Below, in pieces: positions 1-11,749 of a stretch of DNA of 64,000 bases (position 1 is its first letter; every line of letters begins with the position of its first letter). Origin of the DNA: Eledone cirrhosa (taxonomy: Eukaryota). Location: assembly GCA_964016885.1 (NCBI GenBank), contig OZ024743.1:344410001-344474000 (forward strand). Reading direction: 5' to 3'. The translations under genes and the position numbers were made by a program. Below the pieces are notes generated by a model. That model had not been told where the DNA came from. It made no database searches and saw nothing but the letters and a program-made list of their open reading frames with translations.

Positions 1-297
1 TTCATTCTTGTTAGAAATCATCAGGACTACATATCCAGTGCTTTTATCGAGAATGACACAGCTAGAGACTTATAGAATACTTAGCCGTGTACAGGAACTG
101 GTTTGAAAGAGCGGTTGCCGGTCCGGCAGAAATTAGAAATTGGAATAAATGCTCTGAAATAGCGATATATATGTGAATATAGACATAGAATATTCGAAAA
201 TATTCTGTATGTTTATAATAAACATTTTGAAGACCTAATCGCTATAGAATAGAATACGTCACGTATTACAATTAGATTCTCGATAAAAGCAAGGGAA

Positions 298-1270
298 GTA
301 ATCTACGCGTTTCATTCTTGTTAGAAATCATCAGGACTACATATCCAGTGCTTTTATCGAGAATGACACAGCTAGAGACTTATAGAATACTTAGCCGTGT
401 ACAGGAACTGGTTTGAAAGAGCGGTTGCCGGTCCGGCAGAAATTAGAAATTGGAATAAATGCTCTGAAATAGCGATATATATGTGAATATAGACATAGAA
501 TATTCGAAAATATTCTGTATGTTTATAATAAACATTTTGAAGACCTAATCGCTATAGAATAGAATACGTCACGTATTACAATTAGATTCTCGATAAAAGC
601 AAGGGAAGTAATCTACGCGTTTCATTCTTGTTAGAAATCATCAGGACTACATATCCAGTGCTTTTATCGAGAATGACACAGCTAGAGACTTATAGAATAC
701 TTAGCCGTGTACAGGAACTGGTTTGAAAGAGCGGTTGCCGGTCCGGCAGAAATTAGAAATTGGAATAAATGCTCTGAAATAGCGATATATATGTGAATAT
801 AGACATAGAATATTCGAAAATATTCTGTATGTTTATAATAAACATTTTGAAGACCTAATCGCTATAGAATAGAATACGTCACGTATTACAATTAGATTCT
901 CGATAAAAGCAAGGGAAGTAATCTACGCGTTTCATTCTTGTTAGAAATCATCAGGACTACATATCCAGTGCTTTTATCGAGAATGACACAGCTAGAGACT
1001 TATAGAATACTTAGCCGTGTACAGGAACTGGTTTGAAAGAGCGGTTGCCGGTCCGGCAGAAATTAGAAATTGGAATAAATGCTCTGAAATAGCGATATAT
1101 ATGTGAATATAGACATAGAATATTCGAAAATATTCTGTATGTTTATAATAAACATTTTGAAGACCTAATCGCTATAGAATAGAATACGTCACGTATTACA
1201 ATTAGATTCTCGATAAAAGCAAGGGAAGTAATCTACGCGTTTCATTCTTGTTAGAAATCATCAGGACTAC
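298..1270 (-). ncRNA. Four minus-strand hammerhead copies (298-340, 608-650, 918-960, 1228-1270), plus a partial copy at 1-30
   Basis: Reverse complement of the 1503-1545 motif (gtaatctacgcgtttcattcttgttagaaatcatcaggactac) every 310 bp. Confidence 0.92.
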
Positions 1271-1502
1271 GTGACGTATTCTATTCTATAGCGATTAGGT
1301 CTTCAAAATGTTTATTATAAACATACAGAATATTTTCGAATATTCTATGTCTATATTCACATATATATCGCTATTTCAGAGCATTTATTCCAATTTCTAA
1401 TTTCTGCCGGACCGGCAACCGCTCTTTCAAACCAGTTCCTGTACACGGCTAAGTATTCTATAAGTCTCTAGCTGTGTCATTCTCGATAAAAGCACTGGAT
1501 AT

Positions 1503-1545
1503 GTAGTCCTGATGATTTCTAACAAGAATGAAACGCGTAGATTAC
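1503..1545 (+). ncRNA. Type I hammerhead ribozyme (array copy)
   Basis: GUAGUC-CUGAUGA-U-UUCU-AACA-AGAA-U-GAAA-CGCG-UA/GAUUAC. Stem I is GUAGUC:GAUUAC, stem II is UUCU:AGAA, stem III is the palindrome ACGCGU, and the predicted cut is after GUA (1539). A distal 16-bp helix pairs 1479-1494 with 1552-1567. Confidence 0.92.
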
Positions 1546-1812
1546 TTCCCTTGCTTTTATCGAGAATCTAATTGTAATACGTGACGTATTCTATTCTATA
1601 GCGATTAGGTCTTCAAAATGTTTATTATAAACATACAGAATATTTTCGAATATTCTATGTCTATATTCACATATATATCGCTATTTCAGAGCATTTATTC
1701 CAATTTCTAATTTCTGCCGGACCGGCAACCGCTCTTTCAAACCAGTTCCTGTACACGGCTAAGTATTCTATAAGTCTCTAGCTGTGTCATTCTCGATAAA
1801 AGCACTGGATAT

Positions 1813-1855
1813 GTAGTCCTGATGATTTCTAACAAGAATGAAACGCGTAGATTAC
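1813..1855 (+). ncRNA. Type I hammerhead ribozyme (array copy)
   Basis: Same sequence as 1503-1545, offset by 310. Confidence 0.92.
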
Positions 1856-2122
1856 TTCCCTTGCTTTTATCGAGAATCTAATTGTAATACGTGACGTATT
1901 CTATTCTATAGCGATTAGGTCTTCAAAATGTTTATTATAAACATACAGAATATTTTCGAATATTCTATGTCTATATTCACATATATATCGCTATTTCAGA
2001 GCATTTATTCCAATTTCTAATTTCTGCCGGACCGGCAACCGCTCTTTCAAACCAGTTCCTGTACACGGCTAAGTATTCTATAAGTCTCTAGCTGTGTCAT
2101 TCTCGATAAAAGCACTGGATAT

Positions 2123-2165
2123 GTAGTCCTGATGATTTCTAACAAGAATGAAACGCGTAGATTAC
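2123..2165 (+). ncRNA. Type I hammerhead ribozyme (array copy)
   Basis: Same sequence as 1503-1545, offset by 620. Confidence 0.92.
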
Positions 2166-2421
2166 TTCCCTTGCTTTTATCGAGAATCTAATTGTAATAC
2201 GTGACGTATTCTATTCTATAGCGATTAGGTCTTCAAAATGTTTATTATAAACATACAGAATATTTTCGAATATTCTATGTCTATATTCACATATATATCG
2301 CTATTTCAGAGCATTTATTCCAATATATATATATATATATATCGAATAATGTACACCATTTTACCAGGGGAAAAAAATACTGGTCCACCCACACACACAC
2401 ACACACATTCTCACACACACA

Positions 2422-2462
<41 letters not shown>

Positions 2463-2617
2463 ACACGTACATTAACATACAAAGAGACTTATACACACAT
2501 ACACACACACTTCTCCGTATAAGACAAAAGCTGAAAAATATCTTTTGACATGCTAAAATACCCACCACTGCTTACAGACACATTCCTACTGACCGTCCGC
2601 TACCACGAATTACTCTG

Positions 2618-2653
<36 letters not shown>

Positions 2654-2676
2654 TTGTTGTGAAAGAGTAATTTCTC

Positions 2677-2923
2677 AGTCTTGGCGCAAAATCAATTTTT
2701 TACATTCACATGACCTCTACCGACCAATCAAAATTGTTTTGACCACAAGAATTTTTGCAACACCAAGTAGCGCTGGAGCCACTTTTTTAACATAAAAACA
2801 GTCTTGGCGCAAAATCAATATTTTACATTCACATGACCTCTACCGACCAATCAAAATTGTTTTGACCACAAGAATTTTTGCAACACCAAAGTAGCGCTGG
2901 AGCCACTTTTTTAACATAAAAAC
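2677..2923 (+). repeat. Tandem duplication of an ~122-bp module related to the Neptune-type 3' UTR/pLTR at 21430-22250
   Basis: cagtcttggcgcaaaatc...gaccaatca...gagccactttttt occurs twice. The same motifs occur in reverse complement at 21430-21800. Confidence 0.65.
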
Positions 2924-2969
2924 AGGTAGAATTCCCAAAACTAATCAGATCAGAGCAAACAACATACGT

Positions 2970-4398
2970 ATGACCTTAGAAATATGGAACCACACAGAAA
3001 TATGGAACAGGTGGACCAGAGACATACGGACCCCCGAAAGCCATGATGAACTAAAGAAAATGATTGCACATGCGGTGGGGGCCAGTATAAAACTAACCCT
3101 TAAGGAACATATGTTCAAATTTAATGGAAAAACATATGCCCAAGAGGAGGGAGAGCCATTGGTGTTAGCATTGCAGGTGACATAGCTAACCTATTCATGG
3201 TATGGTGGAACAATAAACTTAAAGAACAATTAGAAGACAGCAACCGCTTAACCCTGATAATGTACTCTCGCTACGTTGATGATATAAACATCGTAGTAAA
3301 AACACCCCCACTAGAGAACAGACAGGAATTAGAGAAAAACACCATGTAAAGCATCCAGCAAATAGCTAACTCCATCCACCAGAGTATTAGAGTTACTATA
3401 GACTACCCTAGCAAACACCCCAACCATCGATTACCTGTACTAGACACAGAGCTCTGGTTAGAAACCATTAATAACAAAAAACAAATCCTACATTCCCATT
3501 ATGCCAAACCCATGACTTCCAAATATCTGATCCACCGAAACCCAGCTGTTTCGGATCACACCAAAATCAACATACTGATTGCGGATTTAGTACGGGTGAT
3601 GAGAAACGTGTCCCGCACGTGCAACCCCAAAGAACTAGAGAGACACATACAACACTTCATCCACCGTATGCAGTTCTCTGGTTACAATCAGAGAGATAAA
3701 ATCAGAGTGTATAGAGGAGCCAGAACCAAATGGGAAAAAATTGTAAATAATGATACAAATGGGACCTGCCCCTTGTATAGGAGCAAATTTTTGAATAGAA
3801 TAGAAAGAAGTAGGAACAAGGTTAATAGAATAAACTCATGGTATGATAGCAATAAATACCAGAGTGTAATGTTCATCAATACAACGCCTAGAGGTGAACT
3901 AGCTTACACATTTAGAAGGGCCCTAGATAAACTTAAACTAAATATTAAGATAGTAGAAAGACCAGGTACCTCCATAAAAACACTTATTAGTAATACATAC
4001 CATTTTCAAAGACCTCCCTGTATAGATAGGAAATGTATAATCTGTAAACTAAGCCCCATATTAACAGTAAAACTAGAAACAGTATATAGCATAAGATGTA
4101 CTGAAGGACAATGTAAAGATAAGAATATAGTGTACATAGGTGAGACATCTCGTAGTATAGGAGAACGATTAAATGAACACTGGCGAGAACTTCAAGATAG
4201 AAAAGAATCATCAGTACTCCACCAAAATGCTAAAATAGAACATAAGGGCAAATTAGAGAGCATAGAAATAAAAATAAAATCTACACACAGAAAAGACGCA
4301 ATGTTTAGACAAATCACAGAGGCAATAAACATAAATGAATTCCAACCAAAATTGAATAGAAAACATGAATAGAATAGCAACATCGCAACTTACAATTA
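2970..4398 (+). pseudogene. Penelope RT-GIY-YIG ORF remnant with frameshifts and stops
   Basis: ORF track entries 2970..3185 and 3512..4372. The sister copy at 21010-21128 reads TGG where this copy has TAG (4370-4372), so the ancestral stop is the TAA at 4396-4398. Confidence 0.85.
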
Positions 4399-4605
4399 AG
4401 GACAAAATGAAAACACACACACACACACACACATAGAACAAACAACCAACCAGTAACATGTAAATAAACAAATAAATAAACAAATAAAAACACATACAGA
4501 TACCCGGATGTAACACATGCGTAAACTAAGCACACAATACACACAAAAACAAGATGGCGTAGGACAGAACAAAGGAGAGGCACAAAACAAAGAAAATAAA
4601 CCGAA

Positions 4606-4648
4606 GTCTCTGAAGAGGTCACAGAATGTATGACGAAAGAACTTTGAC
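4606..4648 (+). ncRNA. Hammerhead ribozyme-like motif in the Penelope pLTR
   Basis: GUCU-CUGAAGA-G-GUCACA..UAUGAC-GAAA-GAAC-UU/UGAC. The sister copy at 20777-20819 pairs better. Confidence 0.7.
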
Positions 4649-4871
4649 AATATATGAACAACCGTCCGTTGTAGAACCAACCAACCAACCGGGAAATTAT
4701 AAATTTTTTAAAATTTATAATAAATTGGAGTGAAAGTATCTGGTGCGTGTGATCTTATTGGCAACATGACTCTCCCAAAGTATAACAATATATATATTAT
4801 ATATTATATATATATATATACACCCAAACTTATGCGCACACGCACACGCACACACACACACACACACACAC

Positions 4872-4903
<32 letters not shown>

Positions 4904-4925
4904 CACACATATATATATGTATGTG

Positions 4926-4984
<59 letters not shown>

Positions 4985-5157
4985 TTATGTATGCATATAT
5001 ATATTTATATATGTATGTGTGTGCGTATGTGCGTGTGAGTGTAAAATGGGATTGTAAACACCCAATTTAGTATATATATATTATATATATATACACCGAA
5101 ACTTATGCATACAGGCACACACACACACACATATATATACACATACATCCACACATA

Positions 5158-5208
<51 letters not shown>

Positions 5209-5500
5209 GAGTGTGTCTGCATGTGTGTGTGTATGTGTGGTTGTGGGGGTGTGTCTTTATGTTTCATATTTGTGCGAATCTTTGTATATGATAGTGTAAG
5301 CCCATGATCAGATTTCCACATAGATCTATATATATGCGTGTATATTGTATATACACGCATATATATCTAAATATGTATAAGTATGTGATTTTCGATGATT
5401 GTGTTTATGTTTGTATGCACTAAAGTATGTATGTATGTATGTATGTATGTATGTATGTATGTATGTATGTATGTATGTATGTATGTATGTATGTATGTAT

Positions 5501-6840
5501 GTCAGGTCACCAGTTGGTGCTACTGGTAACATGTATCCCAGTACAACCTGTCTCATGGTCGCGTCGTTGGCGACAAAAATGGCAACCCCACCAAGGTTTC
5601 TTGGTGAGAAGGGTGACTTTGGACATCCTGCAGGACTAAAAACAAAATGTGTCAAAGAGCAAAGGAGCTCTTAGGAGTCAATGGCCATCCAAAATATCCG
5701 GGAGAGATGACCCCTTAGCCTTTGTCAAGGCAGAATTCTAGAAGAAGGAAAACTCTTATATAACACCTGCAACCCTGACGGTATCTAATGATGTTGACTT
5801 GTTCTTCTTTTTGGTAAATATCATCTTGGTTAAGAGAGTGGGACTGGCTTTGTGCAGTGCCTTTGCTCACTATAAAAGCTCAACGGCACAGGCATTGCTT
5901 TATATCTGGAGATCTCTCTGCACTTGTCATCACCTGGTACCATGGGCCCCGCACTATGTGTCAGTAATTGTCACAAGTGTAGTGTTTGTACCAGAGTTTT
6001 CAAGTCGCTGGCTTGAATAAAAAGTCACACTTGTTCAGCGCATCAGTAGGGGTTCTCCTACATGGATATAAAGTAGTGGCCGTACTCGAAAACAAGTTGG
6101 CAGCCACCATATATGTATGTATGTATATGTATGTATGTGTATATATATGTGTATATATATATGTATGTGTGTATGTATATATGTATGTATTTATTTATGT
6201 ATGTATGTGTGTATATATTTATGTATGTATGTCAGGTCACCAGTTGGTGCTACTGGTAACATGTATGCCAGTACAACCTGTCTCATGGTTGGGTCGTTTG
6301 CGACTAAACTGGCAACCCCACCAAGGTTTCTTGGTGAGAAGGGTGACTTTGGACATCCTGCAGGACTAAAAACAAAACCTGTCAAAGGGCAAAGGAGCTC
6401 TTAAGAGTCAATGGCCATCCAAAATCACCGGGAGAGATGACCCCTTAGCCTTTGTCAAGGCAGAATTCTAGGAGAAGGAAAACTCTGATATTACACCTGC
6501 AACCCTGATGATATCCAATGATGTTGACTTGTTCTTCTTTTTGGTAAATATCATCTTGGTTAAGAGAGTGGGACTGGCTTTGTGCAGTGCCTTTGCTCAC
6601 TATAAAAACTTCACGGCACAGGCATTGCTTTATATCTGGAGATCTCTCTACACTTGTCGTCACATGGTACCATGGGCCCAGCACTATGTGTCAATAATTG
6701 TCACATGTGTAGTGTTTGTACCAAAGTTTTCAAGTCGCTGGCCGGATTGAAAAGTCACACTCGTTCAGTGCATCGGTAGGGGTCCTCCTACATGGATATA
6801 AAGTAGTGGCCGTACTCGAAAACGAGTTGGCAGCCACCAT
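5501..6840 (+). mobile_element. Two tandem ~610-bp bipartite (5' UTR + 3' end) RTE-derived non-autonomous elements (5501-6110, 6231-6840), each followed by (TATG)n
   Basis: The two copies are clearly homologous. They carry the RTE-type 5' UTR motif GAGAAGGAAAACTCTGA (~6472) and a 3' end ggccgtactcgaaaacgagttggcagccaccat before (GTAT)n. No ORF. Confidence 0.6.
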
Positions 6841-7232
6841 GTACGTATGTATGTATTTATATATTTATATATGTATGTACGTATGTATATATATGTATGC
6901 ACGTACGTACGTACGTACGTATGTATGTATGTATGTATGTATGTATGTATGTATGTATGTATGTATGTATGTATGTATGTATGTATGTATGTATGTATGT
7001 GTGTATGTACGTTTGTATATATGTATGTATATATGTATGTATATGTTTATGTATGTATGCACGTACGTTCGTACGTACGTATGTGTGTATGTATGTATGT
7101 ATGTATGTAAGTATGTATGTATGTATATATGTATGTATGTGTGTATGCATGGCTGTGTGTATGCTTGCAAGTATATATGTATGTGTATGTATGTATAATT
7201 GCATGTATGGATGGATGGATGTATGTATGTAA

Positions 7233-7291
<59 letters not shown>

Positions 7292-7711
7292 TGCATGGAT
7301 GGATGGATGTATGTAAATATGTATGTATGGATGGATGTATGTAAATATGTATGGATGGATGTATGTATGTAAATATGTATGTATGGGTGTATGTAAATAT
7401 GTATGGATGGATGTATGTATGGATATGAATGTTAAAGAATTCGTGCTAATGACATTTTTCCGTTCTCAGATTTGATGAACCAAAGAATTGTAATTAAATA
7501 AGTAATCAGTGCTGTTTGTTAATTAGTTTAACATTAGTAGTGGTGGTGTAATGTATGCACACACATGCACGCACACACACACCTACACACACTCATACAC
7601 ACACACAAACATACACACACACATAGACACATACACACTCACACGCACATATATATATAGCTTTATCAATCTATCTATCCATCTATTAACTTCCCTCTCC
7701 ACCTCTCTCTC

Positions 7712-7772
<61 letters not shown>

Positions 7773-8092
7773 TTATATCTGTGTGCGTGTGTGTGTGTGT
7801 GTGCGTGTGTGTGTGTGTGAGAGAGTGAGAATGTGCGAGTATCTGTGTATAATCATATGTAAATATGGATGTGCATATAACCACACGGATTTTACTATAT
7901 ATTTCCGCCTGTGTTTGCGAGTGTACGCCTGTGTCCGGATATCATTGTATTCCAGCATACTGGAATACTGCATGTCGTACATATGTTATTTGAACTCACA
8001 TTGTATTGAGATGAGTCATAATAGATATGTATCATAGTCTATTCACACAAACACAGATATGCACAGATGCTTCTGTGTTGGTGTTGGATCTC

Positions 8093-8399
8093 AGTCGTTT
8101 ATGACGACGACGAATGTTCTGGTTGTTTAAACTGCCCGCTCAAGAACTTAACGTATAAGTGGCTGAGCATTCCACAGACAAATATACCCTTAGTGTAATT
8201 CCCAAAGAGATTCAGGGTGAGGAGTATGTGACGAGACAGGCTATTTGAATCAGAGGTTCATCTCATATTTTCCAGGTAAGTGGACTAGACCTACGTTATA
8301 TAAAGTGTCTCACCCAAGGACATAACACGTAATGGTGAGTTAAATTCACAACTATATGATCCTGAGGCGAAAACCCTTACCACTACGCCACGAGCTTCA
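8093..8399 (-). mobile_element. tRNA-derived octopus-type SINE (family 1), diverged
   Basis: The minus strand begins tgaagctcgtggcgtagtggtaagggt (A-box-like), has the core gtgttatgtccttgggtgagacacttt and ends tgtggaatgctcagccactt...cgtcgtcgtcataaacgac. Confidence 0.75.
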
Positions 8400-10046
8400 A
8401 CACATGCTTACACACATACAAACCTACCCCCTACCCCACATAAATACATACCAATATACATACTTATATAGCTATATGGGTGTATATGAGTAGGTTTTTG
8501 TGTAAGGTTTCATCTTTATGTTTGAAGTGATATATCATATATGTGTCCATATCTCCTCCCCCTCTGTTCGAAATATTTTTGTATTAGTTTTGCGCGATAC
8601 ATGATGTGAAAGCCTGTGTTGAAACATGCATTCTACTTTAGGAGGGTAATCGCACTAATCAAAACATTAAAAACTCAATTTTAGAGAAGGGTAATTTCAT
8701 TATATATACCCTAACAATTAATTGATATTGTTTTTAATCCTTCCCGGAATGATGACAAGCAAAGCTGACCACGGCGTAATTTGATTTCAGAAAGTAAAGA
8801 TCCAGAGTAAATACTGCTACACATTTCGCCGACACTCAAACGTCTCTGCCAATCCAACAGCCGTTGGATAAATAAGTGCCAGTCTAGGACTATTACAGTT
8901 CTAGACGCGATGCCTTGCTATATCTTTCTCTACACCTCACGTTCTGATTTCGTTCGCGAAGTCACTTGTGCCAATCGATATTTCTCTTTATTTTTTCTTT
9001 AGACAACATCAGAGGCCTGTAGAGGAAAAGGTCTGCGTACATGAGTAACTGCTGACCTTCCACAAAATACCATGCTCAGACTCAAAGAGAAACTTTCCAT
9101 GAACAAACCTATTTCTGCTATGATTGAATTTAACTTCCCCAGACTAAAAAAAAAATGCTTATAAGGTGCTCTTGTATTTTGAATCGACCACAGAAGCATC
9201 ACTACGGCCATTACCATCCACACATAGGAAACAGTCATTGCTATAATTATGAACCTTACCAACACCCACGGCATCACCCCTAAAACTACACACATCATCA
9301 CTATTACGATGACAATGACACGATCATCATCATCGCAATCATCATCAGCAGCATCTCCCCCACTGCTCCCACTACCAAAAACAGCAGCAGCACCACCACA
9401 ACTACCAGCATGGTCAGGATGATGATAATGAGCATCATCATCGCAATCATCATGAGCAACACCTCCCCCACTACCAAAAGCACCTCACCACCACAGCTAC
9501 CAGCATTATCATGATCAAGATGATGATGATCATCTCTTTTTTTTTATCAACCGCCATCATATAATAGAAATAACAATGATGATAATATTAAAATAAATAT
9601 TAATATTAATAAGGTATTGTTAATAACAATGGTTTCTGGTTTAAGCACAAGGCCAGCAATTCGAAGAGGCGGGGAAAGTCGATTAAATCGAACCCAGTAT
9701 GTTACTGGTACTTTATTTTATTGAACTCTTAAGGATGGAAGGCAAAGTTAACCTCGGCGGGATTTGAACCCAGACCGTAAAGGGCCGTAACTCTATGCCA
9801 CAAAGCATGTTGTCCGACCCTCTACCGATACTGCCGGTCCATCCCCCTTAACAATAATAATTGTTTCTACTTTTGGCACAAGGCCAGCAATTACCCAGTG
9901 CATTACTGGTACTTTATTTTATCGACCCCGTAAGGATGAAAGGCAAAGTTAACCTCGGCGGGATTTGAACTCAGAACATAAAGGGAGGTAACTCTATGCT
10001 TCAAAGCATGGTGTCCGATCCTCTACCTTTATAATAATAATAACAA

Positions 10047-10490
10047 TGATTTCTTTATAGGCCACTGCAGCAGATTAAGGACCTATACAAAGAGAGTTTA
10101 CGACATTAAGGTGGGCTTTACATAGAAATGAGAAGAAAAAAGGGTGAACTTGTATACAAAGTATACAATTTGGGTATACATTGTATACAATTATATAAGG
10201 CATTCAGTCCTGCTGTTACACAGAGCTGAATACCTAAGGCTAATTGAGAAACCCCTCAAATCCATTATTACTTTGATCACCAGGGATGAACGCTCTCTCC
10301 CAACTATTGTTGTCTGACCTATAGACACAAGATCAGAGTAGTCCTATCCACTCTTACTCTTTTCTCTACTTACTTTTTCTCTTCGGTAAATGTACTGAAG
10401 AAGACCTTTTCCCTCTCCGCCTTCACTTTCCTTTCCAAGTAGAAAAGAAAGTGTGAGTGGACAGGAAGGTGCACTCCTTTGATATATTTA
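10047..10490 (-). mobile_element. Tx1/L1-clade LINE 3' fragment
   Basis: The minus strand encodes FFFYLERKVKAEREKV, matching FFKFHLERKVRVEREVL of the full-length copies. The 3' end is ggcctataaagaaatcatt. Confidence 0.65.
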
Positions 10491-11151
10491 CCCCCCCCCC
10501 CCCCTCCTCCCCCCAAAATAGGTAAATGTAATATTTGTTTCTATTTTTGGCACAAGGCCAGCAATTACCCGGTGTATTACTGGTTCTTTATTTTATCGAC
10601 CCCGTAAGGATGAAAGGCAAAGTTAACCTCGGCGGGATTAGGGGCATAACTCCATGCTGCAAAGCAAGGTGTCTGACTCTCTACCGATACTGCCAATCCA
10701 CCGTCAATGTAATAATAATAATTGTTTCTACTTTAGGCACAAGGCCATCAATTTGGGGGGAGCGGAAAGTCGATTAAATCGACCCTAGTGTATTACCGGT
10801 GCTTTATTTTCTCCACCCCGTAAGGATGAAAGGCAAAGCTAACCTCGGCAGGATTTGAACTCAGATCGTAAAGGGGCGTAACCCTATGCCATAAAGCATA
10901 TTGTTCGACGCTTTACCGATACTGCCAATCTACCAATAATTGATTCTACTTTCGGTATAAGGTCAGCAAATTGAAGAGGAGGGGAAAGTCGATTAAATCG
11001 ACCCCAGGGCATTACGGGTGCTTTATTTTATCGACCCTGTAGCGATGAAAGGCAAAGCTAACCTCGGTGGGATTTTAACTCAGAACGTAAAGGTCATAAC
11101 ACTCTACCAGGAAGCAGTGTGTTCGAAGCTCTACTGATAATAGTAATAATA

Positions 11152-11506
11152 ATGTATTGTTGATGCTGCTTCACCGTGGGACCACAGTGTAGGCGAGAAG
11201 GAAAGTGAGAAAGTTGAAGAGTGAAATCAGGAAAGTGTGGAGAATCAGACACGTAGAAGTGGTACTGATTGTGGTTGGTGCACTGGCAACAGGAAGAAGA
11301 AGGATGGGTGCATGGCTTGAAAAGGAATTAACATCAGGACAAGATCGTTCCAGAAACCAGCATTGCTAGGAACAGTAAGGATTCCAAAGAAGAGTGTTGG
11401 AAAGTTAAAGGAAAAGGAGGGACCCAAAGGAGTTTAGCCCGTTGGTTATGGTTCGCTCTTTTGGTACAGTGTTAGTATAACATTTGCCAGAACACAAGCG
11501 TTACGA
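11152..11506 (+). mobile_element. Dong/R4-type LINE 3' fragment (restriction-like endonuclease region) in (TAA)n
   Basis: Degenerate translation IVDAASPWDHSVGEKESEKV..EIRKVWRIRHVEVVLIVVGALATG..FQKPALLGTVRI, flanked by taataat repeats. Confidence 0.7.
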
Positions 11507-11631
11507 ATAATAATAATAATAATTGTTTCTACTTTTGGCACAAGGCCAGCAATTATTCCAATGCATTACTGGTACTATATATTATCGACCCCGTAAGGAT
11601 GAAAGGCAAAGTTAACCTCGGTAAAGAAGAT

Positions 11632-11749
11632 CTTTACAGCACCTAGGTTTCCCAAGCGGTCACCCATCTAAGTACTAACTAGGCTCGACGTTGCTTAACT
11701 TCGGTGATCGCACGAGAACCGGTGTTGTCAGCGTGATATGGCCGTAAAT
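11632..11749 (-). rRNA. 5S rRNA sequence, full length, forming the head of a chimeric SINE rather than a canonical gene
   Basis: Minus strand reads atttacggccatatcacgctgacaacaccggttctcgtgcgatcaccgaagttaagcaacgtcgagcctagttagtacttagatgggtgaccgcttgggaaacctaggtgctgtaaag, a typical animal 5S sequence with A and C boxes. Confidence 0.93.

Larger units (their letters stand above)
1..2324. mobile_element. Tandem array of a 310-bp non-coding hammerhead-containing unit (non-LTR retrozyme-like), in two inverted blocks: 1-1270 (minus sense) and 1271-2324 (plus sense)
   Basis: Period of exactly 310 (ttcattcttg at 1, 311, 621, 931, 1241). After 1270 the reverse complement repeats (gtgacgtatt at 1271, 1581, 1891, 2201). 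Every complete unit has a type I HHR, there is no meaningful ORF, and the array ends in (TA)n. Confidence 0.9.
2925..4790 (+). mobile_element. 5'-truncated Penelope-like retroelement, Naiad-like (RT + C-terminal GIY-YIG), decayed
   Basis: RT motifs: HMFKFNGKTYAQEEG, then GDIANLFMVWW and RYVDD (cgctacgttgatgat, ~3269). Thumb: KPMTSKYLIH..ILIADLVRVMRNVS. GIY-YIG: VYSIRC..VYIGETSRSIGERLNEH. An HHR lies in the 3' UTR and the element ends in (TA)n. The clade call is from remembered motifs. Confidence 0.88.

Noticed and set aside
1-2324. CRISPR array or plain satellite interpretation of the 310-bp repeats
   Set aside because: There are no unique spacers or cas genes and the context is eukaryotic. 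The embedded hammerhead and strand flip fit a retrozyme better.
4399-4790. SECIS element or selenocysteine recoding, as reported for some Naiad elements
   Set aside because: No in-frame TGA at a conserved Cys was seen, and the ATGA at 4766 has no pairing partner for a SECIS stem. It is better explained as the ORF start codon.
8975-9060. Possible host exon after a polypyrimidine tract and AG (ttttttctttag, 9002)
   Set aside because: The frames are short with no recognisable protein and no partner exons. RNA-seq would be needed.
11632-11749. Functional stand-alone 5S rRNA gene
   Set aside because: It is a single copy with no T4 terminator directly after it, no upstream unique flank (only TTA repeats), and it is fused to a SINE body.
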